Notes under the pieces: generated by a model
What the model was told of the DNA's origin: nothing
What the model saw: only the letters and a program-made list of their open reading frames with translations
The model's database searches: none
Program-made: the position numbers and the translations under genes
Assembly (NCBI GenBank): GCA_018897195.1
Contig: JAHILH010000005.1
Location: 745-64,744 of the forward strand
Length of the DNA: 64,000 nucleotides
Reading direction: 5' to 3'
Source: Patescibacteria group bacterium
GTDB lineage: Bacteria; Patescibacteriota; Patescibacteriia; Patescibacteriales; UBA12075
Shown: piece after piece, positions 1-8,437 of the stretch
Numbering within the stretch: the first letter of the stretch is position 1
How the letters are laid out: each line of letters begins with the position of its first letter

Positions 1-109
1 TAAAGCCGATACAGACAATCCCGGATATAACAAGAATTGCTAGGGTAATCATCGCCCATTTCACAACCTGCTCCGGGAGCGACATAATTTTAGACGTAGC
101 CGTAGTCAT
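1..109 (-). CDS. Hypothetical membrane protein, 5' part (runs off window start)
   Basis: ATG at 109 preceded by AGGAGGAG SD; reads MTTATSKIMSLPEQVVKWAMITLAILVISGIVCIGF with a hydrophobic segment. Confidence 0.6.
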   Translation of the reverse strand, partial: MTTATSKIMSLPEQVVKWAMITLAILVISGIVCIGF

Positions 110-119
110 GTTCTCCTCC

Positions 120-1031
120 TTAACTTCGCAAAGCTTTTATAAGCACCTGAAACATCTCAGAAAAGAAATCGATGCTCAAGATTGTCATAAGCAAACTACC
201 TTTTTTTCTGCTCGCATTACTTGCCTCATCGCCAGCCTTAAACGTTTCTTCGGTAACACTCTCCTTGAATCTTTTTACGTTCTCCATAAGGTCTGTAAGA
301 CCATTTGCCACTTCATCATGAAATGAAACAACAAATGATAACGGACAAAGCACCAACAGAAAAACAATAAACGCCTTCCACCAGAACCAGGTTCGATTAG
401 TGCTCTCGAGCCACTTAGAAAAATACGAAGGGGTTGTTATTTTTTTCTTTTCCTTAGCAGCGTCTTTCGCAACAATATTTGATTCTGCCAAAAACATATT
501 CAACTCATCATCAGTTGCAAAACAATCAAAATCAAGATGGTTGTTCAGCTTTTCCACATAAACATTCCAGTCTTCAAGCCCCTTTATTTTCTTGGACTCA
601 CACCTCTTTGATGCCGCCAAGATTGCCTTCATATCGGCAACTTGTTCATCACTTAAGTTTTTGCCACGCATCAATTTTTCATTAACTGCCTGTTGAAGAT
701 TATCATCGTAAACAGCCCGAATTTCATCGCGGACATATCGAGTTGACGTGGCGAAGATTGGCTCCCCCGCGCCAAAATACAAACCGCCGATAAACAACAA
801 GACAGTTGACAAAGCGACTGCGTAAAAAATATTATTGTTATTGTCAACGATCTCGTTTACAGCAACAAAAAATACCATTCGAAACCGTACATTAATAGTT
901 GCTAAAAAAAGAATCGAGCCAATGATTGTAAGCGCAGACACCAAAACAAAAAAAGTATGGTCTGCTGCAAATGCAATCAATAGCAAGCCAATGACAAAAA
1001 ATATCCCGTAAGTCTTAATTCCGGTATTCAT
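120..1031 (-). CDS. Hypothetical multi-pass membrane protein
   Basis: ORF 120..1106; likelier start ATG 1031 overlaps the upstream stop (ATGA); several hydrophobic segments. Confidence 0.75.
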   Translation of the reverse strand: MNTGIKTYGIFFVIGLLLIAFAADHTFFVLVSALTIIGSILFLATINVRFRMVFFVAVNEIVDNNNNIFYAVALSTVLLFIGGLYFGAGEPIFATSTRYVRDEIRAVYDDNLQQAVNEKLMRGKNLSDEQVADMKAILAASKRCESKKIKGLEDWNVYVEKLNNHLDFDCFATDDELNMFLAESNIVAKDAAKEKKKITTPSYFSKWLESTNRTWFWWKAFIVFLLVLCPLSFVVSFHDEVANGLTDLMENVKRFKESVTEETFKAGDEASNASRKKGSLLMTILSIDFFSEMFQVLIKALRS

Positions 1032-1594
1032 TTCGAATATCTCCTTTTTGATTCTGCCAAGCTCCGGAAATTTGCCAACAAGCCCAAGCTGGGTAGTGGC
1101 CCCCATTCTCTTTTTGGACCATCCAAATAAATCGGATAATCTGTCGTGGTTCCAATAAGCTGAACAACAATCTTTCTTCTTTCTTCCTTAAATCCGTCAG
1201 GATTCAAGGGAATGGACAAAAAACCATTAGCGTCGGTCTTATCGAAATACGTCCGCCCCTTTACGAGAATAGTATTCCATTCTCGCTTCATCTCTTCTGA
1301 AATTCTAACGTCCATGCTTCGCAGTGGTCCATTGTAAACGATTATCTGGACATCAAGATCATATAAACCATCTCGACCAACTAACCGCTCCTCAATTTCA
1401 AACTTTTCAGGCTTCTTCGGCTCTGTTGGCTTTACCGCCACAGGCGTTTCTTTATCACCAGAACCATCAATAGCATCAGAAGCTTCTTTCTTTTTTTTCC
1501 CTTTGCCCTTATAATGCGCATTAAAACATTTTGAGCAATAAGGCTTGCCTTCATAAGCTTCCTTATTACAACCATCCTGTTCGCATGTAGTCAT
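1028..1594 (-). CDS. Hypothetical protein with N-terminal Cys4 zinc-finger-like motif
   Basis: CEQDGC...CSKC at N-terminus; GAGGAG SD; sigma70-like promoter upstream. Confidence 0.75.
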   Translation of the reverse strand: MTTCEQDGCNKEAYEGKPYCSKCFNAHYKGKGKKKKEASDAIDGSGDKETPVAVKPTEPKKPEKFEIEERLVGRDGLYDLDVQIIVYNGPLRSMDVRISEEMKREWNTILVKGRTYFDKTDANGFLSIPLNPDGFKEERRKIVVQLIGTTTDYPIYLDGPKREWGPLPSLGLLANFRSLAESKRRYSK

Positions 1595-1997
1595 ATCCGT
1601 TCTCCTCGGTTATTTTTAGTATAAAATTGTCAAAGAGCTCACCATTGAACTCCTTTTTTTTAAATTAAAAAATTCTAGTCCAACAGATAAATATAGCACA
1701 TTTTGGCAAAAAAGTCAACACTAAATCGCCTAAATCAATAAAATGGCTAATATTAAAATAGAGCTAGCTATAAACTCAATATTCCTTGACACAATCAAAA
1801 TAATATGTAATTATAACACTCATAACTTATTAAAATATATTTTTAGTATTATTAATACTTGGACTCGATTTTATTAATCTTTATAGAACTCACATAAAGA
1901 GTTTTGGGGCGATTCACATCGCAAAACAGAGATTTGATAAAATTGGAGGCGATTGCTTTCCTTTGGAGTTTAATTTCTTGTGATACCAAAACAATTT

Positions 1998-3869
1998 ATG
2001 ACAACATTTAAAGACCTGGGGCTTAATAAAGCCATCCAGCAAAGTCTTGACGACTTAGGATTTACAACTCCTTCGCCTATTCAAGCTGAATCTATCCCTT
2101 TTTTACTTAGCTCAACTGAGGACTTGATTGCCTTAGCGCAAACCGGAACCGGTAAGACGGCCGCTTTTAGTATTCCAATCATTCAACAACTTGAGAATAA
2201 TTCCAAGGACTTACAAGCCATCATCTTGTGTCCGACACGTGAATTGGCTTTACAAATCTCGAAAGACATCGTCGCTTTCACTAAGCATTCCAAAGAAGTA
2301 ACTTCATTGGCAGTTTATGGTGGCGAGAGCATTACTAACCAAATCAGCACCTTAAGACGGGGCGTGAATATTGTCGTGGGTACTCCCGGACGTGTGCACG
2401 ATTTGATTCGTCGCAAGGCTTTGAAATTACAAGATATTCGTTGGGTAGTTTTGGACGAAGCAGATGAGATGTTAGACATGGGCTTCAAGGATGACCTTGA
2501 TGCGGTCTTGGCGGAAACACCAGAAACAAAACAAACTCTATTATTCTCCGCAACAATGTCGAGCAGCGTGCGTAGTATTGCTAGCAAATACATGAGTAAG
2601 CCTCATGAGATTAGCATGGGTGAAAAAAATATCGGTGCTGATAACGTTACTCATGAATACTACATCGTGCAAGCGCGCGATCGCTATGAAGCTTTACGTC
2701 GTTTAGTTGATTCCCTACCGGATATTTATGGTATTCTTTTTTGTCGAACCAGACGTGAGACACAGGAAGTAGCGGACAAGTTGAAAGAAAATCATTACAA
2801 CGCTGAACCACTTCATGGTGAGATTACGCAAAATATGCGTACCCAGATCATGGACAGATTTAGAAATAGAAAAATTCAATTACTAGTAGCCACTGACGTG
2901 GCTGCGCGTGGCATTGACGTTAGTGATTTAACTCATGTTATCAACTACAACCTGCCTGATGCCAACGAGACATACGTTCACCGCAGTGGCCGAACTGGTC
3001 GTGCCCAAAAGAGTGGCACCTCAATCACAATTTTGCACCCAAAAGAAAGAAGTCGGATTATGGATATTCAAAGAAAAGTTGGTAAACCGTTTACGCAAAA
3101 ACAAGTGCCCCAAGGTGAAGATATTTGCAAGAGCCAATTATTAGGTTTTGTTGATAAAATCAAAGACGCGGATGTAAATAAAGAACAGATTGCACAATAC
3201 CTACCAGCGGTAAACGAAAAATTAGACGGACTAAGTCGTGAAGACTTGATTAATCATTTCATCTCATACGAATTAAGTCACTTTTTAAAAGACTACGAAG
3301 AGTCACGTGATTTGAATACTAACGCAACTAGCGGACCAGCCAAGGAAAGAATGGCCAGCGAAAACGTCGCTAGCTTCAAAATCAATTTGGGCAACCGTGA
3401 TGGTTTTGATATCAAAGGTTTGTTTGGCTTAATCAATAGCAAGCGCGAATTAAAAGGTTCTGAGATCGGCCGTGTCGATGTCCTACCTGGTCATTCCGTT
3501 TTTGGTATTGATAAAAAATTCCAAGATGCGGTCTTGCAAGCCTTGAACGGCTCAAGCTACCGTGGCAAAACTCTTGAAGTTACTCAAACAACTCAATCCA
3601 ACGAACCACGCCGAAAATCTTTTGGCGGTTCTAGAGGTAGCAGCTTTGGCGGATCACGTGGTGGTCGCAGTGAAGGCGGTCGTGGCGGCTTTAAGGGACG
3701 TAATGAAGGCAGAAGTGAAGGTGGAAGTGGTAGAAGTTTTGGCGGACGCAGTGAAGGTGGACGTGAAGGTGGCTACAAAAAACCCTTCGGTGGTGCTGCT
3801 AAAAAAGGAAAATCAGATGGTTCTGATGTTTTCAAATTTGGCTACACTAAGAAAACTAGAGTTAGTTAA
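1998..3869 (+). CDS. deaD: DEAD-box ATP-dependent RNA helicase (DeaD/CshA family) with DbpA-like RNA-binding domain and Gly/Arg-rich tail
   Basis: AQTGTGKT, PTRELA, DEAD, SAT and HRSGRTGR motifs; start set at ATG 1998. Confidence 0.93.
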   Translation: MTTFKDLGLNKAIQQSLDDLGFTTPSPIQAESIPFLLSSTEDLIALAQTGTGKTAAFSIPIIQQLENNSKDLQAIILCPTRELALQISKDIVAFTKHSKEVTSLAVYGGESITNQISTLRRGVNIVVGTPGRVHDLIRRKALKLQDIRWVVLDEADEMLDMGFKDDLDAVLAETPETKQTLLFSATMSSSVRSIASKYMSKPHEISMGEKNIGADNVTHEYYIVQARDRYEALRRLVDSLPDIYGILFCRTRRETQEVADKLKENHYNAEPLHGEITQNMRTQIMDRFRNRKIQLLVATDVAARGIDVSDLTHVINYNLPDANETYVHRSGRTGRAQKSGTSITILHPKERSRIMDIQRKVGKPFTQKQVPQGEDICKSQLLGFVDKIKDADVNKEQIAQYLPAVNEKLDGLSREDLINHFISYELSHFLKDYEESRDLNTNATSGPAKERMASENVASFKINLGNRDGFDIKGLFGLINSKRELKGSEIGRVDVLPGHSVFGIDKKFQDAVLQALNGSSYRGKTLEVTQTTQSNEPRRKSFGGSRGSSFGGSRGGRSEGGRGGFKGRNEGRSEGGSGRSFGGRSEGGREGGYKKPFGGAAKKGKSDGSDVFKFGYTKKTRVS

Positions 3870-3889
3870 ACAAAACAAATTTAGATATA

Positions 3890-3922
3890 AAAAAAGCTGT
3901 TCTCATTCGAGAACAGCTTTTT
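3890..3922. terminator. Bidirectional intrinsic terminator
   Basis: AAAAAGCTGTTCTC-ATTC-GAGAACAGCTTTTT between convergent genes. Confidence 0.85.
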
Positions 3923-3936
3923 GAATTTATAAAATC

Positions 3937-4158
3937 TTATTTTGCCTTTACGCCCAATTTAGTTAAGATAATAGACATCGGACAATAGCCAGTTAGGGCA
4001 AATAAAACCATCACCGAGCCGACAAAAACCGTTAAATAGAAAAAACTAGACGACACCTGAATTCCTAAAAAAACACTGATAGGCACCAACAAGCCAGCGA
4101 TTAAAAATAATAATCTCTCAAGATACCAATGATCTATTGGTTGTCTGTAAATAGCCAT
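3937..4158 (-). CDS. DUF2892/YgaP-like small membrane protein
   Basis: ER-x-two TM helices-GYCP signature. Confidence 0.8.
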   Translation of the reverse strand: MAIYRQPIDHWYLERLLFLIAGLLVPISVFLGIQVSSSFFYLTVFVGSVMVLFALTGYCPMSIILTKLGVKAK

Positions 4159-4338
4159 AATTTTATATAATAATTAATTATAAATACATTATACCGCAAG
4201 TAAAGAAAAAAAGCTATCCGAGATGGATAACTTTTTGATTATTTTTTTCATTAACTTGTCCGCATAGGCTGCTAATTTCTTTCAGGATGCCAAATATGCT
4301 ATAATGAACATAGATTCTAATAATTAAAATTTAAATTT

Positions 4339-4782
4339 ATGAAAAAAATTATTCAAGTATTATTGATAATTATTTTAGTTACTTTTTTAATTCTAACCGC
4401 TATCGCAATTTTTAACCCCCTTAATCTTCGCACCAAGTTTATTGGCAGCATTATCAATAGCTATTTGAGTAGTAATATTAAAAATTATTCACCAACTACC
4501 GATAGTCAAAATATTGCCACAAGCTCCACCTCCACCTCCACCTCCACCGAAAGCAGTATCACGGGAACAAGTGCGGATAAACATCCTCTTCTAAATGAGA
4601 ACCAAGAAAAAACCCTTGAGAGTTTTGGCGTTAATGTTTCGCAATTACCGACTAGCATAACAGCTGGCATGCAAACCTGTTTTATTGAAAAACTTGGAAC
4701 AACAAGAGCTTATGAAATAATGAAAGGTGACACACCTAGTGTCGTTGATTTTTTTAAGGCTAAGGATTGTATTGGAAAATAA
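4339..4782 (+). CDS. Hypothetical membrane-anchored protein with Ser/Thr linker
   Basis: N-terminal TM, TSTSTST linker, two C-terminal Cys. Confidence 0.75.
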   Translation: MKKIIQVLLIIILVTFLILTAIAIFNPLNLRTKFIGSIINSYLSSNIKNYSPTTDSQNIATSSTSTSTSTESSITGTSADKHPLLNENQEKTLESFGVNVSQLPTSITAGMQTCFIEKLGTTRAYEIMKGDTPSVVDFFKAKDCIGK

Positions 4783-4833
4783 AATACATATTAATCATAA
4801 ATTATCTTGAATAAATACAGTATTTTTTCAAAT

Positions 4834-4866
4834 AAAAAAGAGCCGTTCTTTAAAAAGAACGGCTCT
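4834..4866. terminator. Intrinsic terminator between convergent genes
   Basis: AGAGCCGTTCTT...AAGAACGGCTCT hairpin with adjacent A-tract. Confidence 0.75.
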
Positions 4867-4880
4867 GTGTTGTTTTAGTC

Positions 4881-5234
4881 TTACTTTTTCTCTGATTCCC
4901 AGTAGCCTTGATTCGGCCCGATGGTTGAGATAGATGATGCAACATTCGCACCTGGGTAAAGTTTTTTTATACACTTACCAACTCTCCTGGCAAGACGCTG
5001 TCTGACCATTTCATTTCTACCAGGCTTTTCAAGCAAGCCTACAATTTCAACGATAATCTCTTCTCCCAAGCCATAGGCCATAAGATCGGGAACAAACAAA
5101 CAGGTCATATCATTTTCATCCTTAAGACCAAGCTCTGAAATTGATACCACTGCCTTAACAATTGCCCTATGAAGACGATTCAATGCTTTTTCACTCTGAC
5201 TGGGCGGAAGACACCATACTCTTATTACCGGCAT
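4881..5234 (-). CDS. Hypothetical protein, possibly tautomerase/MIF fold
   Basis: Starts Met-Pro; apparent double beta-alpha-beta pattern; AAGGAGG SD. Confidence 0.6.
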   Translation of the reverse strand: MPVIRVWCLPPSQSEKALNRLHRAIVKAVVSISELGLKDENDMTCLFVPDLMAYGLGEEIIVEIVGLLEKPGRNEMVRQRLARRVGKCIKKLYPGANVASSISTIGPNQGYWESEKK

Positions 5235-5391
5235 AAAAAACCTCCTTAAAATGAATTGTTAATCAAGCTGACATTTATAAATTATAATGAGCAATAAATT
5301 ATAATAACATTAAACATAAATAATGTCAACATACAACAAAGCCATGGATATATAAAAAAATAACGCTATTAATTAGCGTTATTTTCTCGTG

Positions 5392-5462
5392 CTCGGGAAC
5401 AGGGATTCGAACCCCAATTAACTGGACCAGAACCAGTCGTCCTACCATTAGACGATTCCCGA
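5392..5462 (-). tRNA. tRNA-Gln(CTG)
   Basis: Cloverleaf; anticodon arm ACTGG-TTCTGGT-CCAGT; GGTTCGAATCC T-arm. Confidence 0.95.
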
Positions 5463-5485
5463 ATGATACTTATATTTTCTATTCT

Positions 5486-5524
5486 CTCCCTCACCCCGAC
5501 CCTCTCCCGGCGGGGCGAGGGAGA
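5486..5524. repeat. REP-like palindromic repeat, family A
   Basis: CTCCCTCACCCCGACCCTCTCCCGGCGGGGCGAGGGAGA; related copies near 8395, 37660, 43023. Confidence 0.85.
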
Positions 5525-5553
5525 ATTAATTTCACTCGTTTGTTTTTAACAAA

Positions 5554-7218
5554 CTATCCAACTACTTTCCCACCAAATGTCTTCAACAGACTATCCAACA
5601 TATCGCCACCACCATTGCCACCTTCAACTTTCTCCACTGTCTCGGTGACTTGATTCTCGCGAATAATTTGCTCAGCTACTTCATCGGTCGGATCATTGTC
5701 AAAGCTAACCTCATGTGTTTCACTGATGTTTAGGGCTTCATTGACTATGGACTCGATTACTATCGTAGAACCAAAAATTTGTTTTAGGGCATCACTAACT
5801 ACTGCCTTCACCGCCGGTTCTTCAATACGATCACGGTGGAATTTGAACTTAAAAAATAATTTCAAAACTCCATTCTCAACAGCACCGGGAACACAAGCAC
5901 GTAAGACAAAACTCAAAGAGTGATTGTTTTTTTGCACCACCGCTAAAACATCATTCCATTTGGACATCATTTGTTGACTGCTAAAATTAACATTATCGCC
6001 CTGAGCATTAACCACTTGTACTGAATTTGGTTTCCGGGTTGGCTCTTGCCCCGTTTTTAAACCACTACCTGTGCCACTATTATCCGTAAAAACCGGGGCT
6101 GACATAGTTGGCGTTGAACATAATTCAATAATCGCCACCTCCACTGGTAATTGGATTATAAAACTTTCCTTAATTTCATTGCCAGCTTTAGTGAATTTTT
6201 CGATTGCGTTGATAACGCGACCAACCTCAATTTCCTTCAAAATTTTACTAATTTTCACTTCCACACCTTCGCCTAGCTCCAAACCAAATTTCTCAGACAA
6301 TTTCAAATTAATTTTACCCAACATTATCTTACGCAACAACTCAATCAAGTCTTTTAAAAATCTTTTTAAATCTACACCTTCGTCCATCACTTTATTCACC
6401 AAGGCAATCGCTGAGGCGGCATCTTTCTTGACCAATAGTTCAATCAAAGCAATCGCTTCGCCAATGTCACTACGAGGAATAACTAGGTTTGCGTCTTCTT
6501 GGGAAATACGACGCTTGCCATCTTTTATGTTTTCAGCAATAGCGATGATTTGTCCAAAAACACTTTCCGCATCACGCATATGTCCTTCTGACTGACGAGC
6601 AATATCTTCAAGAACCAAGTTATCGATTTCGATCTTTTCACTATTGGCAATATATTGCAATTTCTTTACCACATCAGTAATGTTAATGCGCTTAAAATCA
6701 AAACGCTGGCAACGAGAGATAATGGTCGCCGGAATCTTGTGCACTTCAGTTGTTGCTAAGATAAAGATAACATTCTTGGGTGGTTCTTCAATAACTTTCA
6801 AAAGGGCGTTAAAAGCCGAAATGGACAGCATGTGAACCTCGTCGATGATAAAGACTTTAAATTTTGCGCCCGAAGTAGAGATTTTTGAGACCGCGATGAT
6901 GTTCTCGCGAACATTGTCAACGCCAGTGTGACTCGCTGCATCAATCTCAATTACATCCACGCTCTTGCCAAGAGTAATTGCCTCACAGCTATCGCAGGTA
7001 TTACAAGGCTCACTTTCGCCCTCCTTGCGATTGACACAGTTAATTGCCTTAGCAAAGACACGCGCAATTGTAGTCTTACCAATACCGCGTGGACCACAAA
7101 AAAGATAAGCATGGGCAATCTTGTCCTGCTCAATTTCATATTTTAAAGTAGTTTTGATGTGATTTTGACCGACTAATTCATCAAAATTCTGCGGTCGGTA
7201 TTCTCTGTATATTGTCAT
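5554..7218 (-). CDS. dnaX: DNA polymerase III subunit gamma/tau
   Basis: YRPQNFDELVGQ, GPRGIGKTT, Cys4 Zn motif, IIDEVHML, SRCQRF. Confidence 0.97.
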   Translation of the reverse strand: MTIYREYRPQNFDELVGQNHIKTTLKYEIEQDKIAHAYLFCGPRGIGKTTIARVFAKAINCVNRKEGESEPCNTCDSCEAITLGKSVDVIEIDAASHTGVDNVRENIIAVSKISTSGAKFKVFIIDEVHMLSISAFNALLKVIEEPPKNVIFILATTEVHKIPATIISRCQRFDFKRINITDVVKKLQYIANSEKIEIDNLVLEDIARQSEGHMRDAESVFGQIIAIAENIKDGKRRISQEDANLVIPRSDIGEAIALIELLVKKDAASAIALVNKVMDEGVDLKRFLKDLIELLRKIMLGKINLKLSEKFGLELGEGVEVKISKILKEIEVGRVINAIEKFTKAGNEIKESFIIQLPVEVAIIELCSTPTMSAPVFTDNSGTGSGLKTGQEPTRKPNSVQVVNAQGDNVNFSSQQMMSKWNDVLAVVQKNNHSLSFVLRACVPGAVENGVLKLFFKFKFHRDRIEEPAVKAVVSDALKQIFGSTIVIESIVNEALNISETHEVSFDNDPTDEVAEQIIRENQVTETVEKVEGGNGGGDMLDSLLKTFGGKVVG

Positions 7219-7230
7219 ATAATTTAATAA

Positions 7231-7403
7231 CCGTCATCCCCGCGAAGGCGGGGATCCAGGCGCCACAGATAGTGGATACATTATTATAGAGACTAATCTA
7301 AATATAAATATTGATAATAAATAATGCTTTGTAAATTTTAATCCTCCATATACCAAAAATAATCTATGAGGTACCTGGATCCCCGCCTTCGCGGGGATGA
7401 CGG
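7231..7403. repeat. Perfect 30-bp inverted repeat pair around an AT-rich spacer (MITE-like or paired REP)
   Basis: CCGTCATCCCCGCGAAGGCGGGGATCCAGG at 7231-7260 and its exact reverse complement at 7374-7403. Confidence 0.85.
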
Positions 7404-7406
7404 GTG

Positions 7407-7474
7407 AAAAAAAATTGCTACATATTTAAATTGCCTAATAATTCTAATAACACAATTTAAAAATGTAGCAATTT
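7407..7474 (-). terminator. Long hairpin terminator
   Basis: AAATTGCTACAT...ATGTAGCAATTT with T-tract on the minus strand. Confidence 0.7.
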
Positions 7475-7484
7475 AATAAAGATT

Positions 7485-8141
7485 TTAATTTCGCACAATA
7501 TTATCAACGGCTGCCCATTTACTATCACCCGTCTTTGGCACCAAGACTACCACTTCATCGCCAACAGTACCACGGAAATATGTCACACTAGCAGTTAAAA
7601 CTTTCAATTTAAGACCATCGGCGTTCACAATAAATGAGCCACCGCCACCTTGCTCCAAAGTACCAACCACGCGCTTGCGATCAATCGGACCGATTTGTTT
7701 GTAAACAAAAGTTCCGGTTGGTGTAATAGTTAATTTCAGAATATCACCTTCAACTAATTTTGACTTAGACGCATAATTTGCGGGAATACTGTATTGCTTA
7801 CCGTCTGGGCCAATCATATTTTCACCATCAAAGACACCTTCAACAATTTTTCCTTCACCGTCATGTTCATCCTCGCCACCCTTATTAAAGCTGTCGTCAT
7901 GAATCTGGCTGATTGCAATTTTGTCCAAATCGCCAATACCAGCAACACCGGAAATCAAATTTATCAATCTCTCGTTATTCTCTCTAGCATTTTCCAATAA
8001 TTTTTTAATCAAAACAAATTTTGACTTACTCAAAACAACCACATCCTTATCACTTTTAACATCATCGGAGTTATCACCTTCTTCAAGCTCCAAGTCGTCA
8101 ACATTGAATTCATCATCCATGTTCATGTTTGTTTCTGCCAT
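7485..8141 (-). CDS. Conserved hypothetical protein (CPR-type)
   Basis: EGVFDGENM...VP/IPANYASKSKLVEGD motif of a family I recognise from Patescibacteria. Confidence 0.8.
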   Translation of the reverse strand: MAETNMNMDDEFNVDDLELEEGDNSDDVKSDKDVVVLSKSKFVLIKKLLENARENNERLINLISGVAGIGDLDKIAISQIHDDSFNKGGEDEHDGEGKIVEGVFDGENMIGPDGKQYSIPANYASKSKLVEGDILKLTITPTGTFVYKQIGPIDRKRVVGTLEQGGGGSFIVNADGLKLKVLTASVTYFRGTVGDEVVVLVPKTGDSKWAAVDNIVRN

Positions 8142-8394
8142 ATATTTGTGTTTTTGCCCAGCTAATTAAACCCTCCCTTTTTATTTAATAAAACTAGGTA
8201 AATTAACTAATTTTAGTTATTTTGTGGTCACCTGGAATTTAAATATTCCTGACCATACAAAAAACTTATAGTTTTTTTATATTTATTATCTAAGATAATT
8301 TATTTTATTATCTCTAATATATACCATTTATCCAGGTTTGGCAAGAGCAAATAGCAAGGGTTTTTATGTAGTAGTATTCTCATTTCGTTAGACT

Positions 8395-8434
8395 TCCCCT
8401 CACCCCAACCCTCTCCCGCCGGGGCGAGGGAGTC
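8395..8434. repeat. REP-like palindromic repeat, family A
   Basis: CCCCTCACCCCAACCCTCTCCCGCCGGGGCGAGGGAGTC. Confidence 0.85.
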
Positions 8435-8437
8435 TTA

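Noticed and set aside
3600..3790. GC-rich quasi-repeats (AGTGAAGG, TTTGGCGG)
   Set aside because: They encode the Gly/Arg-rich disordered tail of the helicase
4205..4290. Terminator-like hairpin between divergent genes with a short GC-richer patch
   Set aside because: No convincing ORF or RNA fold; may be a gene remnant
4523..4549. (CTCCAC)n microsatellite
   Set aside because: In-frame 6-bp unit coding a Ser/Thr linker; length change would not switch the gene
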